Shown here: piece after piece, positions 10,154-18,982 of the stretch | How the letters are laid out: the number at the start of each line of letters is the position of its first letter | How positions within the stretch are numbered: position 1 is the first letter of the stretch | IMG/VR virus record: IMGVR_UViG_3300045988_017301 | Direction: 5' to 3' (one strand) | Source: a virus | DNA: 50,202 bases | The notes under the pieces: model-generated | Databases searched by the model: none | The model's input: only the letters and a program-made list of their open reading frames with translations | What the model was told of the DNA's origin: nothing | Made by a program: the position numbers and the translations under genes

Positions 10154-10642
10154 TGTCTGCCACCTCCTCGGCTATTTCCCGCAATTCAAAAACGGACAGA
10201 GATAGAAAGAAATCTATCCCGGTCCGTAATGTCATTGATAACTGTATTGCGAGTTTCCGGAGGTTTGCACCGTCAGTTGGACTTATTCCGCTCCGTAGAA
10301 AAAAGCTGTCACACGGTTCTTGACCTTGACTGCTTCCTTTGGGTGTAATCCCTTGAAAAATTCCACCGGAAGTTTGGTTGCCTTGGCAGCGATGATGCAC
10401 GCATACTCCAAGGACATTTCCGGGAGGAATGTGAATGATCCGGTTCTGTCCAGAATCTTATTTGCTGCGATCATGTCCGCTGCTGTCAGATTATCCAGTC
10501 CGCTCAGATCGATTTTGTCATAGGTTTCGCCCTCGAATGTGTACGGCTTATTAAAAACTACCGTATACTCGTTCTCGATCACTTCTCCGTCTTTGTCCAA
10601 TACCTCTACTGCTACCTCTGTTTTCTTTGTCTCTTTTTCCAT
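10116..10642 (-). CDS. Tail assembly chaperone, -1 frameshift-extended form (gpE+E' / G-T type)
   Basis: The slippery heptamer T TTT TTC is the reverse complement of 10298..10304. The -1 frame stays open for another 60 codons (LRSGISPTDGANLRKL...) to 10116, overlapping the tape measure start. Confidence 0.7.
10283..10642 (-). CDS. Tail assembly chaperone (gpE / XkdN-like), short form
   Basis: 119-aa ORF between the tube and tape measure genes, ending ..VTAFFYGAE with a TTTTTTC slippery site. Confidence 0.75.
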   Translation of the reverse strand: MEKETKKTEVAVEVLDKDGEVIENEYTVVFNKPYTFEGETYDKIDLSGLDNLTAADMIAANKILDRTGSFTFLPEMSLEYACIIAAKATKLPVEFFKGLHPKEAVKVKNRVTAFFYGAE

Positions 10643-10660
10643 CTTGCTCGTCCTCCTTGA

Positions 10661-11185
10661 TTAACACTGCTTTCTGATTTTTGCCAGTAAATCCACACCA
10701 TTGACCTTGTAAACGTTGTTGATCTTGTCAAGTTCGATTCTCTGCTTTCCGTCCAACTCAATCATGATATATGTGATCTCCACTGTCACTGCTGCGTCCA
10801 TCGCTCCGCCCTGCTTCACGGTGCCGCCTGTGAGTTTCTTCTGTCGTCCACGTGCAACTACTCTCATTCCCTTATAGTCAATACCGCCTGTGCTCTTGAC
10901 TGTGAACTGCTCACTGGCTCTGAGTGTCAGATTCAGTGAAGTTGCCGGGGACATGAGTTTGAATGCGTCCTCATCGAGGATGCGGAACGGAATCTCCAGT
11001 TCCATGCTTCCGAACTGTCCGATGATTACTTCCTCGATTTCTCCAAGGATACCGGGACCGCTCAGTGTCTCGGTCATTCCCTCGAAGTCCGGCAGGGAGA
11101 TTTCCCCTGTCAGACCCACGAGTGCTGTTCCGTTGTTGTAAAGGTTGAAGTTATTAATAACTCCGGGAATACCTAATGCGCCCAT
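10661..11185 (-). CDS. Tail tube protein (P2 FII-like)
   Basis: 174 aa directly after the sheath gene. N-terminus MGALGIPGVINNFNLYNNG is typical of contractile-tail tube proteins. Confidence 0.8.
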   Translation of the reverse strand: MGALGIPGVINNFNLYNNGTALVGLTGEISLPDFEGMTETLSGPGILGEIEEVIIGQFGSMELEIPFRILDEDAFKLMSPATSLNLTLRASEQFTVKSTGGIDYKGMRVVARGRQKKLTGGTVKQGGAMDAAVTVEITYIMIELDGKQRIELDKINNVYKVNGVDLLAKIRKQC

Positions 11186-11187
11186 TC

Positions 11188-12639
11188 TTATTCACCTCCG
11201 TTTAATGCTGCGGATAACATATCCGGGTCAAATTCCAAAATGTTGAGGATATCCTCTGCAGGTACATACGGTGCGAGGTACTGGTGGAACTGGATCTTGC
11301 CGTTGAGGATGTCCGTTACCGGGTTTTCGTCCTCGCTGAATTCAATTCTCGCCCCTGCACACTTGCCCTGTGATACATAGGAGTTTCCTCTGATGTTCTC
11401 GCTGTCTACGATGGACTCGATGAGACGGTAGTTGCCCGGTTCATCGACCTTCTGCTTGTAGGTCAGAATGAAGCTGTTGCCCCACCATGAGAAAAATCTA
11501 CGGCAGCAGAACCATCTGTCTTTCGGGTCTGTATTCGCCGGATAGCACGCTGTGTTGTTGCCCCATGACTTCCATCCGGAATCATTGATTGCGGTAATGA
11601 TTCCCTGTCCGTTTAAGAGGTTCGCCTGCGGCTGATCCAGTGTTACCTCTGTTCCATCTTCCAGACAGAGACCAGTAATTCCGATCAGCTTATTGGAAGG
11701 GGAGAGGTTCGGCACATCATCGTTGCTTGCGTCTGTGTACGCTGTCAATGCTCCGAAGATAGCGGAGTATGCATACTGCTTCGTTCCGACCTTTACCTGC
11801 GGCCAGAGAAGTGCTGCGTGCTTGTTGGTGTATCCGTTCTTATTCTTCCAGTCATTGCAGTCTGTGTACTTGGTTGCTTCTGCGGTGTCGATATCGAGGA
11901 TGCATTCGCAAGTGAATACTCCGTTGATTTCCTCGCACTTTGCTGCAAGGGCGATACCTACATTCGGCTTCTGCGTCCATCCTGGTGCTAAGAGCAGACC
12001 CGGTGTCATGCTGAATTTCGGATAGATGTGGCGGATTAACTCCATACCAGTCTCTGCTCCGGTGCTTGCATTGTATCCGCCGATGATGTCGCTCTCTGTT
12101 ACGGCAGTCGGGTCGATGCTTGTGCTATTGACTGTGAGGGTCTTGGCTGATGCACCCTTGCCTCCTGCGGTTAATGTGATCACAAGGTATCCGTCATCAT
12201 CGAATGTCGTGATGTAGTCCGTTCCGGCTGTGAGTGTGGCTTCGTTTGCCTTTACCTCTACGGTATCTGCGAGGATGCCTGCCACCTTTACTGTTGCCTG
12301 CATCTTCTCCACATTCACGGTCTGTTCCTCGTTTGCTTTCTTGTGTTTCTTCGGGTCGAGCACATTGATTAAGATAATCGGTGCGACATTGAGAACACGG
12401 AAGCAAGCGTCCATGCTCTGGCAGAGCGTGTAATTCTTGAAATCGTCACTGTATCCAACCTGCTCCACGGCTTCACTGAAACTGTAGGCGATCATCGGTA
12501 CATTGGTTGCCTTGTACGGGTCGGCTGCGAGGTTCACAGGTGCTGTTCCGATGATTACCTGCAGTCCGGCTGTTCCTGTAACGGGTGCGACCAGGCTCGT
12601 TGCCTGCTCTTTTACCCTTACTCCATGATTGTAAGCCAT
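11188..12639 (-). CDS. Tail sheath protein
   Basis: 483 aa. N-terminus MAYNHGVRVKEQATSLVAPVTGTAGLQVIIGTAP is a classic sheath start. Confidence 0.9.
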   Translation of the reverse strand: MAYNHGVRVKEQATSLVAPVTGTAGLQVIIGTAPVNLAADPYKATNVPMIAYSFSEAVEQVGYSDDFKNYTLCQSMDACFRVLNVAPIILINVLDPKKHKKANEEQTVNVEKMQATVKVAGILADTVEVKANEATLTAGTDYITTFDDDGYLVITLTAGGKGASAKTLTVNSTSIDPTAVTESDIIGGYNASTGAETGMELIRHIYPKFSMTPGLLLAPGWTQKPNVGIALAAKCEEINGVFTCECILDIDTAEATKYTDCNDWKNKNGYTNKHAALLWPQVKVGTKQYAYSAIFGALTAYTDASNDDVPNLSPSNKLIGITGLCLEDGTEVTLDQPQANLLNGQGIITAINDSGWKSWGNNTACYPANTDPKDRWFCCRRFFSWWGNSFILTYKQKVDEPGNYRLIESIVDSENIRGNSYVSQGKCAGARIEFSEDENPVTDILNGKIQFHQYLAPYVPAEDILNILEFDPDMLSAALNGGE

Positions 12640-12656
12640 TGCTTTTCTCTCCTTCC

Positions 12657-12953
12657 TTAAGCCTTATACTCGGCTGCTTTTTTATAAAATACATAAGCGG
12701 CACCGCTCTGTGATGCGATGTCTGCGTTCACGGCCGCCAGATTGCTGATCGGCACGACCAGATTGTAAATCGCAGGTTCTTTCTCCATTGCGGTTTTCAA
12801 TCCATCCGGCAGTCCGTTGTTGAAGAACTGATTGTGTGTTGCCACTCCCAGAATTGTCGGGCCGGCATACACCATCGTTTCCTGTGTCTTGGCTACCGTC
12901 TTTGCTTCCTGCTTGGCTTCCGCCTGCACTGCTTTTGTCTTTGCTTCGCTCAT
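12657..12953 (-). CDS. Hypothetical virion-module protein
   Basis: 98-aa ORF in operon context. Confidence 0.55.
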   Translation of the reverse strand: MSEAKTKAVQAEAKQEAKTVAKTQETMVYAGPTILGVATHNQFFNNGLPDGLKTAMEKEPAIYNLVVPISNLAAVNADIASQSGAAYVFYKKAAEYKA

Positions 12954-13426
12954 GCGAATCTATCCTCCTTCCTTATTGCTGCTGTTGCAAATGTCATGCT
13001 CGCTGCTCCGAAGAAGTAAGGGAATGATTCTTCGTCCTGCAGTGCCCAGTCGAATGGGTGCTGCTCATCATTCATAAAATAGAATTGCTTTGCGAGCATT
13101 GGTTCTTTCATGAACCGTTCCTGTATCTTCTGGATGATTCCAAGGACACCCTTGTGTCCGTTGTTTCCTGCGTCATCGTCAAAATATCCGATCAGCAGTG
13201 TGACGAACACTTCCTGCGGTTCTACACCGCCCTTGGCTTGCCCTGTTTCCACTCGGACGATCACATACGGAATCGGGTCCGGTGCATCTTCGTCCTGTCT
13301 GATGGGGAGGTTCTGCTCATAGACATTCATCTTGATGTACTCCCCTGCGGAATCCTTGAAGAGGTCATCCCTAAAAATAACCCCTATTTCCTTTACAAGT
13401 TCTTCCTGTAAAATCTGCGCCGTCAT
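12950..13426 (-). CDS. Hypothetical neck/tail-terminator candidate
   Basis: 158-aa ORF between the head-completion genes and the sheath gene. Called by position only. Confidence 0.4.
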   Translation of the reverse strand: MTAQILQEELVKEIGVIFRDDLFKDSAGEYIKMNVYEQNLPIRQDEDAPDPIPYVIVRVETGQAKGGVEPQEVFVTLLIGYFDDDAGNNGHKGVLGIIQKIQERFMKEPMLAKQFYFMNDEQHPFDWALQDEESFPYFFGAASMTFATAAIRKEDRFA

Positions 13427-14011
13427 TTACTTGCCTCCCAGTATTTTGTCGATCTGCTTCTGGATGTTCTTCTGCAGGTTCTTTTCTATGTTAGGCTTTA
13501 CGATGCCATATACCTTGGCTTCGTTTCCTACCATGGTAGGAATGGACGGACTGAGTAATTTCTTAAGTGGCAGCCTTGATGTTCCTTTTCTCTGAACTAC
13601 AGAAACATGACCACTTCCGAATTTGGTAATAAAAGCCTTGAGGTTACCCTTTTGCAGACTTTTCAGTCCACTTGCTTTCAGTACCTTACCTCTGGCCGCA
13701 TCTGTTGAAGTATTGTCTTTGTACTTGAAGTCCGCCAACTCATTCACTGCCCCTGTAATTTTCAGAGTGGCTGTCGGATTGGATGCCGTTGCGTTCTTCT
13801 GGGCGATAGCTTTCTTAAACCTTGGACTCTTTACCGCATAGGTTTCCTTGGCTTTGTCAGCCAGATCCTTTTTGGCATCCCTGGCGGTAGCATTCACGGC
13901 ATTCTTCAATGCCTGCGGTGCTTTCGCTTTCATGTCCTTCAGTTTCAGTTCTATCCTCTGGAGTTGAGTCTGGTCGACTTTAAACTCTATCATTCCGCTC
14001 TGCAATCCCAT
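13427..14011 (-). CDS. Tail/head completion protein, possibly minor tail protein Z-like
   Basis: 194-aa basic protein. Called on position and size. Confidence 0.4.
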   Translation of the reverse strand: MGLQSGMIEFKVDQTQLQRIELKLKDMKAKAPQALKNAVNATARDAKKDLADKAKETYAVKSPRFKKAIAQKNATASNPTATLKITGAVNELADFKYKDNTSTDAARGKVLKASGLKSLQKGNLKAFITKFGSGHVSVVQRKGTSRLPLKKLLSPSIPTMVGNEAKVYGIVKPNIEKNLQKNIQKQIDKILGGK

Positions 14012-14346
14012 TATTTCGTCCTGTTAGCCTCCATGGTTATTGTGTATACTCCGCCCTCGTCTGTGGAATCGGTTACCATGTACCTCTTTCCATCAAAGAC
14101 AATCTGCCGACCGATGGCAGGCAGTGGTCCGAAGTCATCCGCCTTGACATAGATTAGTTTCTGCTTCACATACACACCGTCCATGTTGGATTTCATCTTC
14201 TTTTCTCTTTCGATGATCTCATTGTCATCTACGAGAACTGGGATTTCTTTTCCGTCCACGGTGTGCATATCTGCGAATTCATCCACATTCATGAAGGTGT
14301 TATTCACATCGTCCTTCATGACTTCTTTGAATGATTTTCTAACCAT
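14011..14346 (-). CDS. Head-tail adaptor / head completion candidate
   Basis: 111-aa ORF after the capsid genes. Confidence 0.4.
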   Translation of the reverse strand: MVRKSFKEVMKDDVNNTFMNVDEFADMHTVDGKEIPVLVDDNEIIEREKKMKSNMDGVYVKQKLIYVKADDFGPLPAIGRQIVFDGKRYMVTDSTDEGGVYTITMEANRTK

Positions 14347-14614
14347 TCTTTTTCGCCCCTTTGCTTCGGGTCGGTGTCTTTGGCACTCTGCCGACTACAT
14401 TCTCTGGGGTTTCTCCGTTCTTGGATTCCCCTGCCAGTCCTGCTGTGGCGGTAGCAGGAGTCGCTTTCGCTTTCTCCTGCTTGCCTTCGCTCCACACGGC
14501 TGTTCCTGCGTCAAGCCATGCCTGCACCATTGATTCATCGTCTGCCGGGAGGCTGTCTCCGACTTCATACTGGTGTGATCTGTAAAGGATAGGGTATGTT
14601 GCTACCAGTTCCAT
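14339..14614 (-). CDS. Hypothetical head-module protein
   Basis: 91-aa ORF in operon context. Confidence 0.5.
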   Translation of the reverse strand: MELVATYPILYRSHQYEVGDSLPADDESMVQAWLDAGTAVWSEGKQEKAKATPATATAGLAGESKNGETPENVVGRVPKTPTRSKGAKKNG

Positions 14615-14626
14615 GGCTGCACCTCC

Positions 14627-14980
14627 TTATCCGATTTTTACAAGTACCTTTGCGTCTCCTGCGGCCGCTGCCTTGGCTGCGAAACCTGCAGGTGTGTATG
14701 CGACCTTGCTTCCGCCAGTCTCTCCGTTGTCCGCTGCGTCTGTGATGCCTGTCTTGTCGAAATAAACAGGCTGTCCGAATGCGATCTCGTTCGTTCCAGT
14801 CTTATCGAACTCAAAAACACCGCACACATGAAGGTCGCCTTCTGCTCCGGGTGCGATGTCAGTTCCTGCGATACCCACTCTGCCAGTAAGTTCTACGACT
14901 GTATTGGCTTCGATGGTGGATGATCCAGTATTTTTATAATCGAGGGTTTCCCCTCTCTGCCAGTAACTTGCTTTGCTCAT
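14627..14980 (-). CDS. Head decoration/cement-type protein (DUF2190-like)
   Basis: 117 aa immediately after the capsid gene. The Gly-rich beta pattern ..GDLHVCGVFEF.. resembles DUF2190. Confidence 0.5.
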   Translation of the reverse strand: MSKASYWQRGETLDYKNTGSSTIEANTVVELTGRVGIAGTDIAPGAEGDLHVCGVFEFDKTGTNEIAFGQPVYFDKTGITDAADNGETGGSKVAYTPAGFAAKAAAAGDAKVLVKIG

Positions 14981-14998
14981 GGCTGCATCCTCCTTCTG

Positions 14999-16564
14999 TT
15001 ATGCTAACTCGATCGGGTTCTTTACTTCGATACCAGGGTTCTTGATTGCTCCACGGTAATCCATGACGCTGATACCCCAGTCGAGGTAGATATCCCACAC
15101 GAATCCTAATGTGCCCGGAGTCTCCATTCTTCTGATTGTCGGGATCTCCTGTCCGTTCAGATAGTCAACCTCGATGAAGTCTGTGTCGTCCTTTGCTCCA
15201 AGTAACCACCAAGGCATTACATTTCCAAAACCACCGCAGAGTGCGTTGATTGTAGGATCTTCCACTACCGTGATGCTGTCCTTGTATCTGTAGAGCGGGT
15301 TCACTGCCTGTGTGTTGCCGGATGTGCTGATTGTCGGGCTGTAGAACAGCGTGTACATATCGAACATATATCCGCTCGGCACGATAATGATTGCAGGTCT
15401 GATGATAGTTGCTTCTCCGAACTGATCTGTCTGGTTCTGGAGCGCGAGGATCATGCCCTGCACGGCTTCCTTCGTGATTCCTGTACCCTTTGCCAGTAAA
15501 TTGGAGTGTGCGCTGCTGAATAATGCAGTACCGTCATAAATCGCCGGGTTGTTTACGAGGATCTGGTAACACTGCTTATTCTGGGTCTTTCTTGCGCTTG
15601 CTGCGTACTTGGCAGGAATTCTGGTTACAAGATCGATATCATCGTTGATGAATGCTTGTCTTGTAAGTGTGAACTGGCGGCCGTATGTTTTCAGCTTTCT
15701 GGTCGGGAGTTTCTCATCTCCGAACACATCATGCTTTAACTCTCCACCCTCCGGCACTTCGAGGAATTCGCCTACCGGTCCTGCTAAGTAGTTGTTGTCG
15801 TGGGTCTTGAAGTCCTTAAGAGTTCCCTTCTTTGTCCACTGGTCGAATGTTACGGCTACAGTCTTGTGTCCTTCCACATATGCCTTGTTGATGGCATTGT
15901 CGAGGATAGCAGGGAACGCTGCTGTCGGATTGTAGAACTGTCTCTGTAACATACCGTAGAGTTCATCAGAGGATCTTCTGTTGAGTCCGGACTGTCCTTC
16001 ATTGGTCAGACACTCAATGGCTAAGTCACGGAGCGTCATTCCCATCATCTGTCTTGCACCGTCTGCCGGGTTCTGGAGTTCCATTCCACTTCTCATCACG
16101 ATAGCGTCTGCCGCTGCCGCTCTGAACTTGTCCTCGGCACTTTCTGTGATACTCACTCTACCGTTTGCCGGAATCGGTGCGCCGTGCTGTCTTACGTGCT
16201 CCAGTGCTGCTTCTCTCACGGAGTCAAGTGTCGCACCGCTCTCGATGTAGCTTCTGGCTTCCATTCCGAACTCTCCGCAGAGTTCTGTGATGGAGCGGAT
16301 TCTGGCTCTTTCTTCCTGGATTGCTCTCTGGGTGTCTGCTTCCGGATTTGCCGGATTCTGCGGAGGAGCGTTTGGCTGAGGGGTCATACCTCTCTGCTGC
16401 TGTTCCTCTGCTTCGATCTCTCCGTTCAATCTCTCGATTTCTCTCTGAAGGGAATCGAACTCTGTCTGCTCCTCCGCAGTGAGATCTCTGCCTGCTTCTT
16501 TGGCGGCATTTACGATTTCCTGCTGACGGAGCATTTTCTGCTGTCTCTGCTGCTTTTTGTTCAT
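14999..16564 (-). CDS. Major capsid protein with an N-terminal coiled-coil, scaffold-like region
   Basis: 521 aa after the protease. The first ~100 aa are Gln/Glu-rich coiled coil, followed by a capsid-sized domain. Confidence 0.8.
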   Translation of the reverse strand: MNKKQQRQQKMLRQQEIVNAAKEAGRDLTAEEQTEFDSLQREIERLNGEIEAEEQQQRGMTPQPNAPPQNPANPEADTQRAIQEERARIRSITELCGEFGMEARSYIESGATLDSVREAALEHVRQHGAPIPANGRVSITESAEDKFRAAAADAIVMRSGMELQNPADGARQMMGMTLRDLAIECLTNEGQSGLNRRSSDELYGMLQRQFYNPTAAFPAILDNAINKAYVEGHKTVAVTFDQWTKKGTLKDFKTHDNNYLAGPVGEFLEVPEGGELKHDVFGDEKLPTRKLKTYGRQFTLTRQAFINDDIDLVTRIPAKYAASARKTQNKQCYQILVNNPAIYDGTALFSSAHSNLLAKGTGITKEAVQGMILALQNQTDQFGEATIIRPAIIIVPSGYMFDMYTLFYSPTISTSGNTQAVNPLYRYKDSITVVEDPTINALCGGFGNVMPWWLLGAKDDTDFIEVDYLNGQEIPTIRRMETPGTLGFVWDIYLDWGISVMDYRGAIKNPGIEVKNPIELA

Positions 16565-17298
16565 CGTCTGTTACCTCCTTGGTTGATGATATTTTTATTT
16601 ATTTGAAGTTGCCTTTCGAACCAGTCTGTAGAGCGGCTCTGCGTTCCCTGCTCGGTTTCTTCCTCCAGTTCCCTGCCTACACCGACCGTTGGGTCCGCAG
16701 GCACGCTCACGATACTAATTTCGTAAGGTGTCCACTTTCTTGCGATGTCTGCCGGTCCTGTGAACCTGCCATCTGCTGACTGTTTGTTTGGCATTACTTC
16801 CTCCCATGAGTCTATCTGGTAGCCTACGGACGTTGTTTTCAGTGTTCCGCTTTTGACTTTCTGATAGATGAGGTCTGCATCTTCATCGCTGTCGAATTCA
16901 ACCTCTGCCATTCCACGCAAGTCCTCAATCCATGCCCGGTTTACTTTTCCAATGACACGGTTGCGATCGTGGTTGAAGAGCAGCACACCAATTTCATTTA
17001 ATCGTGTAAGGTCTACTGCTCCGTCTGAGTGGTCGAGGATCTCTGTTCCCCACCATCTCTCGTATGGTTCTTCAGAAGAAAAGGAAAGAATGAATTTTCG
17101 CTCATTCCCCTCTCCTTCCATGGCTCTGATAGAATTAACTGTCAGTTCCCTGGTCGTCTGTTTTTCCTTCTTCCTCTGCTCCATCGCCTTCTTCTGATTC
17201 CTGCCCTGTTTCTTCTCCGGTTTGGTTTCCGTCTGTCTGCTGAGGATTGTCGGCAGGTGTTTCCTCATCCTCGTAGAGTTCTGCTGCTGTCTGGTCAA
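16561..17298 (-). CDS. Prohead serine protease (HK97 / S78-type). Start uncertain: TTG 17298, or ATG 17184 or 17121.
   Basis: Core ..FILSFSSEEPYERWWGTEILDH..VGVLLFNHD..ISIVSVPADP.. is HK97-protease-like. Lies between the portal and capsid genes. Confidence 0.75.
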   Translation of the reverse strand: MTRQQQNSTRMRKHLPTILSRQTETKPEKKQGRNQKKAMEQRKKEKQTTRELTVNSIRAMEGEGNERKFILSFSSEEPYERWWGTEILDHSDGAVDLTRLNEIGVLLFNHDRNRVIGKVNRAWIEDLRGMAEVEFDSDEDADLIYQKVKSGTLKTTSVGYQIDSWEEVMPNKQSADGRFTGPADIARKWTPYEISIVSVPADPTVGVGRELEEETEQGTQSRSTDWFERQLQINKNIINQGGNRR

Positions 17299-18733
17299 AA
17301 ATCACACCTCCTAAGTCGATACCCTTATCCTTTGCGTATTCGAGTACCTCTGCCATTTCATCTATCTGCTCTTTCCAGTCACGACCCTGTTCTGCGGCAA
17401 TCTGCTTGAAGGTCTTTTGTCCTGTGTTCAGAGCAATCTTGTTTGCGTTTGCTTCCTTCTGAGGGTCAATCCATTTCTTCGGTGCTGTGATCCATGCGTG
17501 CTCGAAGTATTTATCCTTGTTATCCCAGAAGTCCTTTGCGTCCAGTTCCCCTGCGAGCCACAGCGAAATAATAAAAGTTTCATATATTTCGTCCATGACT
17601 TCCATCAGCATCTCTTTTTCCTCTGCGTAGGTCATGTCATCTTCGATGATGCCCTGTCTGGTTGAGGAGTAATTGCTCTCTGACATATCACGGCTTGTGG
17701 CTTCGTAACTGATGCCCTGTCCTGCTCCGACAAGTCTCTGCTGCAGCTTGATGTAACTCGCTGCATCCGTTGCCTGTCCGGTCGGGTTTACGACCTGTAT
17801 CTCATCTCCGGCATTCAGTTCCTTTATCATGCCGGGTGCGATGGATTTGCCCTGGTAGTCCTGGTGCGGTCCCGGTACGCTGCCGTTCTGACGACCGATT
17901 CCGGTTGTCGGTAACTGCTTTTTGATGAATACTGAAAGGCAGGCCGCTATTCGCTCTTTGACCGATACGGCTATCATGAATTCGTTAGCGTCTCGGATTC
18001 TTGTGATTGTCGGACTCATATCGGACATCTCACGCACCTGCGATGGGCGGTGTTTTGTGTATAAAAAAATGACATCTTTCGCATCCACATATACGGGATT
18101 TGAGAGTGCCATTCCGTCCACGGAATACTGTCTGATCCAGTACCCCATAGGCTTGTTATACTCATTCATTTCAATACCACCGACTACCTTGTTCCCCTTT
18201 TTCTTCGGGAGCATCTGCGAGTTGTCCAGTTCGTCCACCTCGAATGTCTGAAGCTTGAATGGAAGGTATCCGTCCTTGGTGTATCTCTTTACGATAAGGA
18301 TTCCGCCATCAACCTTCTTTCGCTTCACGCACATTCTCATCATCTGCGTGAAGGACTGCGTTCCGGTCACATCGCAGTTCTGTTTCTTGCACCATTTTTT
18401 CCAGGCGGTCTGGATAATCTCGTTGGTCTTGTCGCTGCCTGTCTTTGCCTGCAGTGCGTAACCGCCGCCAATGACATTTCGCTTGTATGCCCCGATGACT
18501 GAATTCATCATGTCGGAGTTTCGCTCCAAGTCTCTGGCTCTGGCTCTGACATTGTCACGGCTGTACCGGTCCGTAAATTCTGCCGACTGGTTGAGTACCC
18601 TCCAGTTTGCATTGCCCCTGTCATAGTTGCCTGCATCGTAGTTCCTCATCTCAGTCAGACTCTGCCGCCATGCTTCCCTGCGTGCTCCCCACTCCGGGGA
18701 TATAAAACCTATAATTCCATCTAACCAGTTCAT
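17135..18733 (-). CDS. Portal protein, lambda gpB family
   Basis: 532 aa. N-terminus ..YDAGNYDRGNANWRVLNQSAEFTDRYSRDNVRARARDLERNSD is typical of lambda-family portals. Confidence 0.9.
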   Translation of the reverse strand: MNWLDGIIGFISPEWGARREAWRQSLTEMRNYDAGNYDRGNANWRVLNQSAEFTDRYSRDNVRARARDLERNSDMMNSVIGAYKRNVIGGGYALQAKTGSDKTNEIIQTAWKKWCKKQNCDVTGTQSFTQMMRMCVKRKKVDGGILIVKRYTKDGYLPFKLQTFEVDELDNSQMLPKKKGNKVVGGIEMNEYNKPMGYWIRQYSVDGMALSNPVYVDAKDVIFLYTKHRPSQVREMSDMSPTITRIRDANEFMIAVSVKERIAACLSVFIKKQLPTTGIGRQNGSVPGPHQDYQGKSIAPGMIKELNAGDEIQVVNPTGQATDAASYIKLQQRLVGAGQGISYEATSRDMSESNYSSTRQGIIEDDMTYAEEKEMLMEVMDEIYETFIISLWLAGELDAKDFWDNKDKYFEHAWITAPKKWIDPQKEANANKIALNTGQKTFKQIAAEQGRDWKEQIDEMAEVLEYAKDKGIDLGGVIFDQTAAELYEDEETPADNPQQTDGNQTGEETGQESEEGDGAEEEGKTDDQGTDS

Positions 18734-18736
18734 GTT

Positions 18737-18970
18737 CTACCTCCCATCAAATACTGCGACATAGGTATCATCCAGTAAACTGGTTGAACCCTCTGCTGCA
18801 ATCTGTGCTGTGAGGTCGTTCCTTAACTTGTAGAGCAGACTAAGGTCGGCACGGGTGAGCTGTCTCGTACCAATCTTGTAAGACTGGCCGCCTACGAGCA
18901 CTGCGTAAATGGCATTATTTACTTCGGTCAGCATTTCCGAAGCATTGTAATTGGATTCTACTGCTGCCAT
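18737..18970 (-). CDS. Head-to-tail joining protein gpW-like
   Basis: 77 aa between TerL and the portal. ..GGQSYKIGTRQLTRADL.. is gpW-like. Confidence 0.7.
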   Translation of the reverse strand: MAAVESNYNASEMLTEVNNAIYAVLVGGQSYKIGTRQLTRADLSLLYKLRNDLTAQIAAEGSTSLLDDTYVAVFDGR

Positions 18971-18982
18971 GCTCTGCCTCCT

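Noticed and set aside
17135-17298. The 164-nt portal/protease overlap as a programmed recoding site
   Set aside because: Uncertainty about the protease start explains it more simply: TTG 17298 with a coincidental AGGAGG inside portal codons, versus internal ATGs at 17184 or 17121. No slippery sequence was seen.
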